Shown: positions 1 through 9,357 of the stretch, one piece after another
Numbering within the stretch: position 1 is the stretch's first letter
Layout of the letters: every line of letters begins with the position of its first letter
Origin: a virus
Lineage: Duplodnaviria; Caudoviricetes
IMG/VR virus record: IMGVR_UViG_3300043411_001582
Coordinates: 1 to 57,987 of that record
Strand: one strand, 5' to 3'
DNA length: 57,987 nucleotides
The notes under the pieces: generated by a model
What the model saw: the letters and a program-made list of their open reading frames with translations, nothing else
Database searches by the model: none
What the model was told of the DNA's origin: nothing
Translations under genes and position numbers: made by a program

Positions 1-45
1 CTGTCGGAAATGCTTCAAAAAGTTGACGAAAACTGAAGAAAACAG

Positions 46-74
46 TGTACTTCTGTGCAGTTTTGAGTTAAAAT
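46..74 (+). promoter_or_regulatory. putative early sigma70-type promoter (TGTACT-17-TAAAAT)
   Basis: -35/-10 boxes with 17-nt spacer; same form as 40032-40060 and 40538-40566. Confidence 0.55.
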
Positions 75-106
75 AAATCATCAAGGAATAATTTATAGGA
101 TTTCTG

Positions 107-442
107 ATGATTCATCTTACTTCAGTTAGGTTTCGTAATCAAAGTTTTTCTGTTCTGGTGCGAAGCCAGATAGATGGCAAAATGAAAATCGAATCTATAA
201 ATGGGTTTGATTTAAAGTGTGTGCCTAATCTGTTGGTTCAGAAGGCTGCGGCGAAATTAGCCAATCTTCTAGACTCCTACAATAATCCAAAACAACCTGA
301 AAATATCACCATTCAATATGGTTATGATGATCGGTTTGATATTAAACACCCAACTACTAAAAAGACCGCCCCAGACATTGAAGACGAATTCGATGCGAAA
401 TTTGAAGATTATTTTTCTACCCACCCTGATTTAAATTTCTGA
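107..442 (+). CDS. hypothetical protein
   Basis: 111-aa ORF with AGGA SD, after a putative early promoter. Confidence 0.6.
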   Translation: MIHLTSVRFRNQSFSVLVRSQIDGKMKIESINGFDLKCVPNLLVQKAAAKLANLLDSYNNPKQPENITIQYGYDDRFDIKHPTTKKTAPDIEDEFDAKFEDYFSTHPDLNF

Positions 443-448
443 TTATCT

Positions 449-988
449 ATGTCTAAAATCTTCTTCAGTTCAGATTTGCATCTGAGCCATACTAACATTA
501 TCAAGTATTGCAATCGGCCATGGGAAACGGCCGAAGCAATGAATGAGGCTCTGATTATAAATTGGAATCGAACCGTTGGACCGGACGATATCGTTTATCT
601 TCTTGGTGATGTTTTCTTCTGCCAAGCCCAGGCGGCTATGCACCTCCTGTCAAGACTTAATGGGAAGATCCGTCTGGTTCTCGGCAATCATGACAAAGTG
701 ATTCGGAATCATGTACCACTTCAAAAGATGTTTGATATGGTTCTTCCGGCACTCTATGGAGAAACCATTGACGGTATCCATGTAGTGATGTGTCACTATC
801 CAATGCTGTCTTGGGATCGATCTGGACGTGGAAGCTTTTGCCTGCATGGGCATGTTCACTCTAGTACCCCAAATGATGGAAAATACCGTCGATATGATGT
901 TGGTGTAGATGGCAACGGATATGCACCGGTATCATTTGAGCATATCAAATCTGTTCTTACTAAGATTGAACCGTCGGTTCATCACTAA
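449..988 (+). CDS. calcineurin-like metallophosphoesterase
   Basis: motifs SDLHLSH, LLGD, GNHD, CHYP, HGHVH. Confidence 0.9.
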   Translation: MSKIFFSSDLHLSHTNIIKYCNRPWETAEAMNEALIINWNRTVGPDDIVYLLGDVFFCQAQAAMHLLSRLNGKIRLVLGNHDKVIRNHVPLQKMFDMVLPALYGETIDGIHVVMCHYPMLSWDRSGRGSFCLHGHVHSSTPNDGKYRRYDVGVDGNGYAPVSFEHIKSVLTKIEPSVHH

Positions 989-1220
989 CTTCTGGTTCTG
1001 GCGGTGTCGTGTCAACTACATTGCCATGATCATCTGTCACCTCAAAGGGGCAGGGTATCTTGAATGTAGACCCTTGTTTTGGTACGACCTTCCCATTTAA
1101 ATCATCAAAGGCTTTTAAGAGGTGTTTCATCTCCGGCTTTGTGAGGTTGTGTCTGCCTAAAAGTCGGATCACTCCACAAATAGTTTCTGTTGGTCTGAAA
1201 GTATGTAGTACGTATCGCAT
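960..1220 (-). CDS. small protein with possible LysM-like fold
   Basis: HTFRPTETI...LNG..VPKQGSTFKIP resembles the LysM pattern; AAGGA SD and late promoter upstream on minus strand. Confidence 0.5.
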   Translation of the reverse strand: MRYVLHTFRPTETICGVIRLLGRHNLTKPEMKHLLKAFDDLNGKVVPKQGSTFKIPCPFEVTDDHGNVVDTTPPEPEVSDEPTVQS

Positions 1221-1239
1221 GGTTTAGTTCCTTAAGTTA

Positions 1240-1261
1240 GTCTATTTATCCATAAATAGAC
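1240..1261. promoter_or_regulatory. back-to-back divergent T4-type late promoters forming a palindrome
   Basis: GTCTATTTAT-CC-ATAAATAGAC gives ATAAATA on both strands between divergent genes. Confidence 0.75.
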
Positions 1262-1289
1262 GCATCGCCTTTTGACTTTAGGATACTGA

Positions 1290-3167
1290 ATGAGCACCAA
1301 CGATATTAGCGCTAAATCAACTCATACGCTTTGGGTTGAGTCTAGATTATTTCAACTAGATATTTCTAGACCTACACCTACGACTATTGCTTTAACAATC
1401 ACTAGACCTACATCAACGACTATAGTTGATGGGGCTATAATCCTGTTAAATGATCGGCCTATTTCTGGAAATAATTTCCCAGTAGATGGAACACAATATA
1501 TATCTTCGGCCGATTTTGCAGCTCCTGCCGATTTGTTATATGGACCACAGGGTGCACATGTCGTAGCATATTACTCGGAAATTTTAGGTATTCCTTGGCC
1601 AGTAGGTGTAGATGACCTTTCTACCGGATTAACATCCTTCACGATCACGATTGCCAATACTTTACCAAATGTATTGTATTATGCCTCTGTACACCCTAGT
1701 ACTAATATTCTTCAGTACTATCCAATTGGAGTGCAATCTTATCCTTTAGAAGCTTCAAGAATCGAGAAAGATTCTTCTACTTATACTGGGAACATCCCAT
1801 CACTGTCTGAAGCACCACTTGCACCTACAGTTGGATTAGTTTATCACGATCAACAATTAAATCTTGTTCAGTACTGGACAGGCACTCAGTGGATACCTAC
1901 AAGATCAGATGCTATTCTTACTGGACCAGTTAATCCAGGTATTGCCGGACACTCTTATATTCTTTCAGGTGGAGTATTAAAAACGTTCGACGGGGTTAAA
2001 TGGGTTTCGGCAGATCCATTGAATTTCCAATTTAGAGTTGGGGCTGGTTGGGTTCCATTTGTTAAAGTTTCTGCTGTAGTTAAACTTCCGGCCGTCCCAG
2101 TTGTAGGAGAATTAGTTTGGGATTATACAACAATGCGTGCCCAATATTGGGACGGCACTACTTGGGTATATCCAAATTCTACAAATTGTTTATTCAACAC
2201 CGGCACTGGTATAATTCCTGCAGCGGTATTGCCTCTATCCATAGAATCTTCTGAACTTCCAACACCAGTTCTTGGACAACTATTCTACAACACTACTTCT
2301 AAAGTTTTGAACGTTTGGACTGGGACAATCTGGAGACAGGCTAATACCGATCAACAGGGAACAGTTTCTACCGATAAGATTTCTATTGGTACTGATGGAT
2401 CATATGACGAACGTGTTCGTTTGATCAATATTTTAAAAGGGCAACTAGGTTGGCCACAGACATGTGTGGAATTAAAAGAAGAACAATTTAATATTGCCAT
2501 TGACAATGCTTTAGATAATTATAGGATTTGGAGTGCAGGTGCCTACACGACAAATTATGTAATGTTTCCATTAGTGTCTGATCAGCAAACTTATTATTTG
2601 AATAGTGCAGTCGATAAAACTGATCGAATTGTAGATGTTACTAAAATTCATAGATTGAATGTTCTTGGGATTCAAGCAGTAGCAGGTAATGATGCAATCT
2701 GGTCGTCTGGTATTCTGACCTCATATTATTCTGCTGTGACAGTCGATATATTATCTATGCACCTGATCAGTTCATTGTCTGAAGAATTTCAACGTTTGTT
2801 TGCTGGTGACCTAACATTTAATTGGAATGAAGCAAGGCGCGAATTGTTTATTACAAGAAAGATTTCTAGACCAGAAAAAGTGATTATTGAATGCATGATG
2901 GAGAAGACTGAACAAGAGATTCTTCTCGACAGATGGGCTAAACAATTTATACAGAATTGGGCCGCAAGTGAAGCCAAATATCAGCTCGGAATGATACGTA
3001 GTAAGTACTCGTCTGGAACGCCTGGAGCGGCTGGTTCAATCACGTTGAATGGCGAAATGTTGATTGCTGAAGCAAGGCAAGATCAGGCTGAACTAAAACA
3101 AAGTTGTCTTGATTATGAGTTTGGTGGTATGGTAGGAAATGGCAATTGCTCATTTTTGTTTGCCTGA
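1290..3167 (+). CDS. neck protein (gp13-like C-terminal domain) with N-terminal fibre-like repeats
   Basis: C-terminal LGWPQTCVEL..QFNIAIDNAL...LG..RSKY...G..G.ITLNGE resembles gp13 neck proteins; upstream of gp14/gp15/gp18-like genes. Confidence 0.75.
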   Translation: MSTNDISAKSTHTLWVESRLFQLDISRPTPTTIALTITRPTSTTIVDGAIILLNDRPISGNNFPVDGTQYISSADFAAPADLLYGPQGAHVVAYYSEILGIPWPVGVDDLSTGLTSFTITIANTLPNVLYYASVHPSTNILQYYPIGVQSYPLEASRIEKDSSTYTGNIPSLSEAPLAPTVGLVYHDQQLNLVQYWTGTQWIPTRSDAILTGPVNPGIAGHSYILSGGVLKTFDGVKWVSADPLNFQFRVGAGWVPFVKVSAVVKLPAVPVVGELVWDYTTMRAQYWDGTTWVYPNSTNCLFNTGTGIIPAAVLPLSIESSELPTPVLGQLFYNTTSKVLNVWTGTIWRQANTDQQGTVSTDKISIGTDGSYDERVRLINILKGQLGWPQTCVELKEEQFNIAIDNALDNYRIWSAGAYTTNYVMFPLVSDQQTYYLNSAVDKTDRIVDVTKIHRLNVLGIQAVAGNDAIWSSGILTSYYSAVTVDILSMHLISSLSEEFQRLFAGDLTFNWNEARRELFITRKISRPEKVIIECMMEKTEQEILLDRWAKQFIQNWAASEAKYQLGMIRSKYSSGTPGAAGSITLNGEMLIAEARQDQAELKQSCLDYEFGGMVGNGNCSFLFA

Positions 3168-3211
3168 CTGAACAGTTTATTCAAATACTTCAAAACAATT
3201 CATACAGAAAC

Positions 3212-3240
3212 TATAAATACTCCTATAAATCTAGGAGTAT
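3212..3240 (+). promoter_or_regulatory. late promoter TATAAATA overlapping an SD-sequestering hairpin
   Basis: ATACTCCTA-taaatc-TAGGAGTAT; the 3' arm contains AGGAG, ATG at 3244. Confidence 0.75.
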
Positions 3241-3243
3241 GAG

Positions 3244-4797
3244 ATGGCATCTGTAGTTGAATTATTATTGAAAGCGAAAGATAAAATCGACAATGATCAA
3301 TTTTATTTAATAAAAGAAGCCTTCAAACTAAATCCTGTGGCGGCGTCAAGATCTTTTAAACATCATTTTAAAGATCTTTATCAAAGTCTCCCACAGTATA
3401 AATCACCTCCAGAAACTATCTTCAGATATCTTCATCCTGAAAGATGTCAAAGATTAACTTGTCATTGTGGGAAGGCTTTAAAATTCCACAATCCGCAAAG
3501 AGGATATGGAAAATTTTGTTCTACTAAGTGTTCTGCCATAAGTGAAGAAGTTAGACAAGGTTGTATTGAAACCGTCTTATCCCGATACGGAGTAGCACAC
3601 GTGAATCGAGTTAAATCAATAAAAGAAAAAACTGAAAAAACAAATTTAGAAAAATATGGGAATAAATGTTCGGCACAATCGAAAGAAATCTCTGAATTAA
3701 GAAATAAGATCTTAATTCAGAATAGAGAAGTCATTTCATTTAAACGAAAAGAAACTAATTTATCTAGATTTGGAATAGAAATCCCATTACAGCGTGAAGA
3801 AATAAAATCGAAGACACATAAAATTAATAAAGCTTTATTCAAAGAACGTCGAGATAAATCTTTATCTAAGATGCCTGATCTTGAATTTGTTTCTGGGGAC
3901 CCAGGTGAAGAAATCATGGTAAGACATACTTGTGGTCACGAATTCAGTATTGGGCCCTTTATCTCAGAAAAGTCTATTGAAAATAGAGGCTTAAGACTTT
4001 GTCCGCAATGTCACCCAAGAACTTCTAAGCCTGAAGCTATACTGGTGGAACATCTTAAAAAGAATAGTGTTTCATTTGAACTTCATAATAGAGATCTGAT
4101 AAAACCATATGAATTAGACATCGTATTCCCTGAAAAGAAATTAGCTATTGAAGTGAATGGGATTTATTGGCATCAAGAAAGTTCAAGAGCTTTACCGCTT
4201 TTAACAAAATTTGAAATGGCGGAAGCCGTTGGATATCGAGTACTCCATTTTTGGGATTTTGAAATAATCGATAAAGAAGAAATTGTTCAAAAACTTATTT
4301 TTTCAAATCTTGGATTATCACCAAAGTGTTCTGTTTTAGATTGTGAATTTAAAGAAATTAGCACAAAAGAAGCAAAATCTTTTTTAGAGAAAAATCATCT
4401 TCAAGGATATGTGAAAGGGGCAGCTCGATTTGGTTTGACTTATAAAGGTGAATTAAAAGCCTGCGCAGTTTTTACAAAATCTAAAATTGACAAAGGAATT
4501 TATGTGCTTTCGCGATTTGCATCTGATGGAACTACTATTGAAGGTGGATTAAGTAGAATAGCTTCAGAATTCAAGATTAAATTTAAAGATATAAAATTAG
4601 TATCTTATGTAGATCTTCGTTATACAAATGTTGATGAGTATCTTGAAAATGGATGGATCCTTGAAGGGCAAACAGCGCCACTCCAATTTTGGTATTACAC
4701 AAAATTAAAAAGGATTCTTTCTAAAGAAATATCTTTAGAAAAAACAAACATCTTTAAAGCAATAGATTGTGGTTCTCTAGTATTTGTTCATAAATAG
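3244..4797 (+). CDS. Hef-like/DUF559-type homing endonuclease with Zn fingers
   Basis: CHCG/FCS..C motifs, TNLEKYG repeats, ELDI...KLAIEVNGIYWH nuclease motif; paralogous to 16688-18301 and 19073-20458. Confidence 0.75.
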   Translation: MASVVELLLKAKDKIDNDQFYLIKEAFKLNPVAASRSFKHHFKDLYQSLPQYKSPPETIFRYLHPERCQRLTCHCGKALKFHNPQRGYGKFCSTKCSAISEEVRQGCIETVLSRYGVAHVNRVKSIKEKTEKTNLEKYGNKCSAQSKEISELRNKILIQNREVISFKRKETNLSRFGIEIPLQREEIKSKTHKINKALFKERRDKSLSKMPDLEFVSGDPGEEIMVRHTCGHEFSIGPFISEKSIENRGLRLCPQCHPRTSKPEAILVEHLKKNSVSFELHNRDLIKPYELDIVFPEKKLAIEVNGIYWHQESSRALPLLTKFEMAEAVGYRVLHFWDFEIIDKEEIVQKLIFSNLGLSPKCSVLDCEFKEISTKEAKSFLEKNHLQGYVKGAARFGLTYKGELKACAVFTKSKIDKGIYVLSRFASDGTTIEGGLSRIASEFKIKFKDIKLVSYVDLRYTNVDEYLENGWILEGQTAPLQFWYYTKLKRILSKEISLEKTNIFKAIDCGSLVFVHK

Positions 4798-4819
4798 ATT
4801 GTTTAATCCTTACGCAATC

Positions 4820-5365
4820 ATGAAACTAAAAGAATTATTTGAATCTTCAGAAAAATCTATTCTTTCTGAGTATGGTGGACAACCAGAACATAACGTTTTA
4901 GGTTTTGATTGCAGTGATAAAGGCATGACATCTCTTGAGGGTGCGTCAAAATCATATTCATCGGGATTTTATTGTTTTAGCAATCATTTGAAATCTTTAA
5001 AAGGTGCTCCAGAAAAGGTAAATGGTACTTTTGATTGTTGTGATAATCAGATCGATTCTTTAGAATTTGCTCCTTCTTATATTAAAAATGATTTCTACTG
5101 TATAGACAATCAACTTACTAACCTCCATAATATTCATAAGATCATTAAGCACGTTGGTGGTGAAATTCATTTCACCAGCAATCCAATTGTTTCACATGTA
5201 CTTGGTCTCCTTTTGATCGAAGGTGTAACTTATGTTAATCTTGGTGCAAGTGGACCTAAGGGTCTGGTACAAAAAATTATCAACAAGCACTTAGATGAAA
5301 GAGACGTCTTTGCTTGTCAAGAAGAACTGATAGATGCTGGTTTAGAGGAGTTTGCACAATTATGA
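4820..5365 (+). CDS. LRR family paralogue 1
   Basis: MKLKELFE leader, FxCxxNxLxSLxGAP repeats, C-cap RDVFACQEELIDAGLEEFAQL; late promoter CATAAATA 4789-4796. Confidence 0.85.
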   Translation: MKLKELFESSEKSILSEYGGQPEHNVLGFDCSDKGMTSLEGASKSYSSGFYCFSNHLKSLKGAPEKVNGTFDCCDNQIDSLEFAPSYIKNDFYCIDNQLTNLHNIHKIIKHVGGEIHFTSNPIVSHVLGLLLIEGVTYVNLGASGPKGLVQKIINKHLDERDVFACQEELIDAGLEEFAQL

Positions 5366-5955
5366 AAGTACATGAATTATTTGAAGCAAAAGAAAGAAGC
5401 ATTCTTTCTGTAATGGGCAAGCAACCAGAACACGTTGATGGTGATTTCTATTGTTCTGACAATAAGCTTACTTCTCTAGAAGGTGCTCCATCTTCAGTAG
5501 GTGGCAACTTCTCATGTTCTGACAATAAGCTCAAAAATTTAATAGGCGGACCTAAACGTGTAGATGGTGATTTCTTTTGTGGCCGCAATGAATTAGAATC
5601 ATTAGAAGGATCGCCAGAAACTGTAGGGATAGATTTCTATTGTCAGGCTAACAAGTTAAAGTCGTTAGTTGGTATTACAAAAAAAGTAAAAGATTTATGT
5701 GTTAATGGGAACCAATTGACAAACTTACATAACATTCATAAAATGGTTGATATTGATGGAGCTGCAGATTTTCTTGCAAATCCAATAACATCACATGTTC
5801 TCGGTTTATTGATGATGCCAAAATTAGAAGAGGTTTATCTTGATAATGTTAAAGTTCTTAGGATCATTAACAAGCACATTAAAGGAGACAAAGACATCTT
5901 TGCTTGTCAAGAAGAATTAATCGAGGCTGGTCTAGATGACTATGCACAACTATGA
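5362..5955 (+). CDS. LRR family paralogue 2
   Basis: MKVHELFE leader, about 5 LRRs, same C-cap; ATGA overlap with paralogue 1. Confidence 0.85.
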   Translation: MKVHELFEAKERSILSVMGKQPEHVDGDFYCSDNKLTSLEGAPSSVGGNFSCSDNKLKNLIGGPKRVDGDFFCGRNELESLEGSPETVGIDFYCQANKLKSLVGITKKVKDLCVNGNQLTNLHNIHKMVDIDGAADFLANPITSHVLGLLMMPKLEEVYLDNVKVLRIINKHIKGDKDIFACQEELIEAGLDDYAQL

Positions 5956-6518
5956 AAGTACATGAATTATTTGAAGAATCAAAGCCAGATTATTTTAATC
6001 GGCTAGAACAAGAACTAAAAATTAAACGTATTGGTAAAGGTGCTTTTGCCAGAGTCTTTCAGCATCCAACAGAACCTAATATTGCCGTCAAGGTCTTTAC
6101 TGATGAAGATCGTGCATTTAGACACTACTTAAAATTTTGTCAAGCTCATCCTGACAATAAATACTTACCTAAGATTTATAGTGTGGTGAAGCATCGCCAC
6201 AACCCCGCAAAGAAAGACAAAGACTTATCGATAGATGAAATAGTAGATTGGAAATACTCTATTGCCTTTATGGAGAAGTTAAAGCCTGTTACTAAAGAAA
6301 AACTCGTGAAGTTTGTATCAACTTTTGGAATTTATAATAAAGAGTTTGCTGATCTTACTGCAGGTGAATGGAGAATTTTTGCTTATAGGCAAGACGAAGA
6401 TCCAGATCTTGCAGAATTTGCCAAGTACTTGCTTAAAACAAGTTATATGCCAGATCTTCATACACAAAATGTAATGCTACGCGGTAATCAAATTGTTTTC
6501 ATAGACCCTATATCCTAA
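5952..6518 (+). CDS. minimal protein kinase-like protein with MKVHELFE leader
   Basis: GKGAFARV glycine loop, AVK, MEKL hinge, DLHTQNVM catalytic loop, terminal IDP. Confidence 0.8.
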   Translation: MKVHELFEESKPDYFNRLEQELKIKRIGKGAFARVFQHPTEPNIAVKVFTDEDRAFRHYLKFCQAHPDNKYLPKIYSVVKHRHNPAKKDKDLSIDEIVDWKYSIAFMEKLKPVTKEKLVKFVSTFGIYNKEFADLTAGEWRIFAYRQDEDPDLAEFAKYLLKTSYMPDLHTQNVMLRGNQIVFIDPIS

Positions 6519-6519
6519 A

Positions 6520-8385
6520 ATGCCAAACCTTACTACTTGCCCAGATGCAGCAGGTTCATTTAACAATCCAAATGATCCTACAGGCGGAATTACACCACCG
6601 CCTAAAGCTCCATTAAATCCTTACGTTGCACCTGACCTGTGTGTAGGTGATTGGTCACTTACAAATAATACAAGCACCACCGAAGAAAATCTTTATCAAG
6701 AAAGCTTAGCAGCCGAGAATCTGAATATTTCAGGTGCAGAGGTAAATGTGTTCAAGCTTTTAGGTATTCACGAACAAGGCAAATTATTAGATCTGACCGG
6801 TGCTGGTCAGGCTTTAGGCTCTGGTACACCGGCATTAGCCTTTGACGCTTTAGCCAGCGCTTGGGTTTCTACTGAGACAGGTGCAGCAGTTACTCAATCG
6901 GCATATCTTGGATATGACTTTGGTATTAGAAAAACATCTTTCGGCCAGCCTGAAGTTGCACCGGATGCTAATAATACCATGCATATTACTTCTCTTAGAA
7001 TTCAACAGGGAGCTATCGCCACTACGCGCGCTCTTCAAGTTAGAGTAGATCGAAGCAATGGCGGATACAAAATTGATCCATTAAAGATTCAGTTTTCTGG
7101 ATCAGGTACAGGTGGCTTAGGGTCGTTTGTTGCAGGTCCGTCTCCTAAGCCAGGTACCTTTATGGTGACTGCTACATCTTCGACGGTATTCACAGTAATG
7201 TTTACCAGCGCAGCCGGAACCTCTGTTATTGGGATTGCTAATGTTGGGCAGCGATTTAATTCGCCATTAGGTTCATTTACTATTTCTCCTGGTCTTGCAC
7301 CCTTTGCACCTGGTGATATGTTCTCTGCTCCAGTAGAGCTTGAATGGTTTAGAGTTGATGTTGTTAACTTACCAAATGTCCCAACAGCGGCTTTGATCAG
7401 GATTAAACAATCCTCAGCAAGTCGGTATTGGAGATTAGTTCCACTTAGCTTTGCCGGCGTTCTGTCTAATGATTCATGGGTTGTAGAAAAATTAGAGTTA
7501 TTCGACTTCCAACAAACCAGACTTGATGATATTCAGGATACTCTGTATCTTGAGAATCGCGATCGTGACTATGCAAAAGCCTCAATTCATATAAAAGCGG
7601 CATATCAACCTTTTGATGCTACTAGTGATCTTTCTAAATTTGGATTTCAGATCGCCGATATCTTTACCTTTACGGCTAGCTTTGCCACTATAGTTAAAGC
7701 CCTTGGACGTCCAATAGTTGTCGGAGATATTCTAGAGCTTCCAAGTGAAATGCAGTATGATCATAATCTAAGACCAGTTAGAAAGTTCTTAGAAGTGTCT
7801 GATGTAAGCTGGAGTTCTGAAGGGTATACCGCGACATGGAAACCAATTCTTTATAAATTCCAAGCGCAACAATTAATTCCGTCTCAAGAGAATCGTGACA
7901 TTATTGGCACTGCCGATACTCAGAAATACTTGATTGAAGATGGTAAGTTCTTTGAAGGCATTGAGCAAATTCAAACTGCACCGCTAACTGCATCAGAAGC
8001 AAATAAAGCCGATGCTGAAAAAGCCGTTCCAGAAAAAGGAACCAACGTTCGTGAATTAGCTTCTGGCACAAATATTAATGGTGCACCAGGATCATATGAC
8101 GGTCGGCAGTATTTTGTGGAAGATGGACTTCCACCTGATGGAGCACCTTATACTACTGGCTTTAAATTGCCAGATGTTGGAACTGCAACTGACGGTCAGT
8201 TCTTTAGATTAGAGTATGATCCAGCTCTTAATATTGCTGCTAGATTATATAAGTTTAGTGCAATTAAAAACAAGTTTATATTCGTAGAGAGCGACCGTTC
8301 CTCCAAGACTAGTTCTCATAGACCTTCTCAATTAGAAGTCTTAAATAGGACTCAAAACATGTCTCTAACTTCTAAGGTCGTTTAA
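6520..8385 (+). CDS. neck/head-closure protein (gp14-like) with large inserted domains
   Basis: IQDTLYLENRDRDY, DLSKFG, GRPIVVGDILELP motifs; position directly before the gp15-like gene. Confidence 0.65.
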   Translation: MPNLTTCPDAAGSFNNPNDPTGGITPPPKAPLNPYVAPDLCVGDWSLTNNTSTTEENLYQESLAAENLNISGAEVNVFKLLGIHEQGKLLDLTGAGQALGSGTPALAFDALASAWVSTETGAAVTQSAYLGYDFGIRKTSFGQPEVAPDANNTMHITSLRIQQGAIATTRALQVRVDRSNGGYKIDPLKIQFSGSGTGGLGSFVAGPSPKPGTFMVTATSSTVFTVMFTSAAGTSVIGIANVGQRFNSPLGSFTISPGLAPFAPGDMFSAPVELEWFRVDVVNLPNVPTAALIRIKQSSASRYWRLVPLSFAGVLSNDSWVVEKLELFDFQQTRLDDIQDTLYLENRDRDYAKASIHIKAAYQPFDATSDLSKFGFQIADIFTFTASFATIVKALGRPIVVGDILELPSEMQYDHNLRPVRKFLEVSDVSWSSEGYTATWKPILYKFQAQQLIPSQENRDIIGTADTQKYLIEDGKFFEGIEQIQTAPLTASEANKADAEKAVPEKGTNVRELASGTNINGAPGSYDGRQYFVEDGLPPDGAPYTTGFKLPDVGTATDGQFFRLEYDPALNIAARLYKFSAIKNKFIFVESDRSSKTSSHRPSQLEVLNRTQNMSLTSKVV

Positions 8386-9176
8386 TGGCTATTCATAATT
8401 ATTTTTTCGACAATCAGATTCGTGCCTATATCCTGCAGGTGGCTGCAATCTTTAATGGGTTGCAGGTACAAACTGGAATCGGAGAATGTGGAGAAGCTGA
8501 ATTTATTTCAGTGCCTATTGTAATTGGACATAAAGATCGTGTTGTTGCAGCACTGATGGCTGGAAATACTTCTAATAGAATGTTTAGTCTTCCGACTATG
8601 GCACTTCATCTTTCGGCCTTGGCTATTGCGCCAGAACGTCGCAAAATTCAAGCCTATGTGGATCAACGTGTTACTTTAAAAGCCGGTGGGGTCTTTCCAG
8701 ATGATCTTACCGTTGTAAAACGTGCCATGCCTATTCCATATAATGCGACAATGGAATTGTCTATTCTGGTTTCTAACTCACAACAACGGGATCAGATTCT
8801 AGAACAAATTCTAGTTTTGTTTAATCCAGATATTCAAATTCAAAAGTCAGATGGCCCATTTGATTGGACTAAACTTACCAAAGTAGAGCTTACTGACATT
8901 GCTAATGAAGAGAACTATCCAGCTTCTACTGATCGTCGAATAATTAATTGGACTCTCACATTTGAGCTACCAATATTTTTAAGTATTCCAATGGGCACTA
9001 AAGATGATCTAGTCAGAAAGATTATCATTCAACTTGGCGACTTAAATTCGATGAACCTCAACGAGGTGGATGAGAACGGTGAATTAACACCATTTGGAAC
9101 ACCATTTGCTAAGATAGAATATTCTGGTAGACCTCCTGAAGGTCCTATTCCACCTGAGCCTATTCCAGTACCATGA
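8385..9176 (+). CDS. gp15: tail sheath stabiliser/terminator (gp15-like)
   Basis: YFFDNQIRAY, VPIVIG, PIPYN, QILEQILVLFNP, RRIINWTLTF. Confidence 0.85.
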   Translation: MAIHNYFFDNQIRAYILQVAAIFNGLQVQTGIGECGEAEFISVPIVIGHKDRVVAALMAGNTSNRMFSLPTMALHLSALAIAPERRKIQAYVDQRVTLKAGGVFPDDLTVVKRAMPIPYNATMELSILVSNSQQRDQILEQILVLFNPDIQIQKSDGPFDWTKLTKVELTDIANEENYPASTDRRIINWTLTFELPIFLSIPMGTKDDLVRKIIIQLGDLNSMNLNEVDENGELTPFGTPFAKIEYSGRPPEGPIPPEPIPVP

Positions 9177-9357
9177 TAAAACGACTTGGAATTACTTTAG
9201 TTGATCTTCAAAACGGAAATTCAACAGTAAGACAGATAATTAAGATGTTTGGGTTTAAGTGAAGAAAGACACTCAAAATTTGGAGCAAAAACTGCATTTT
9301 CCATAAATACTCTTATCATAAACAGTAATAGCCTTTTGCTATTTTAGGAGATTCAAT

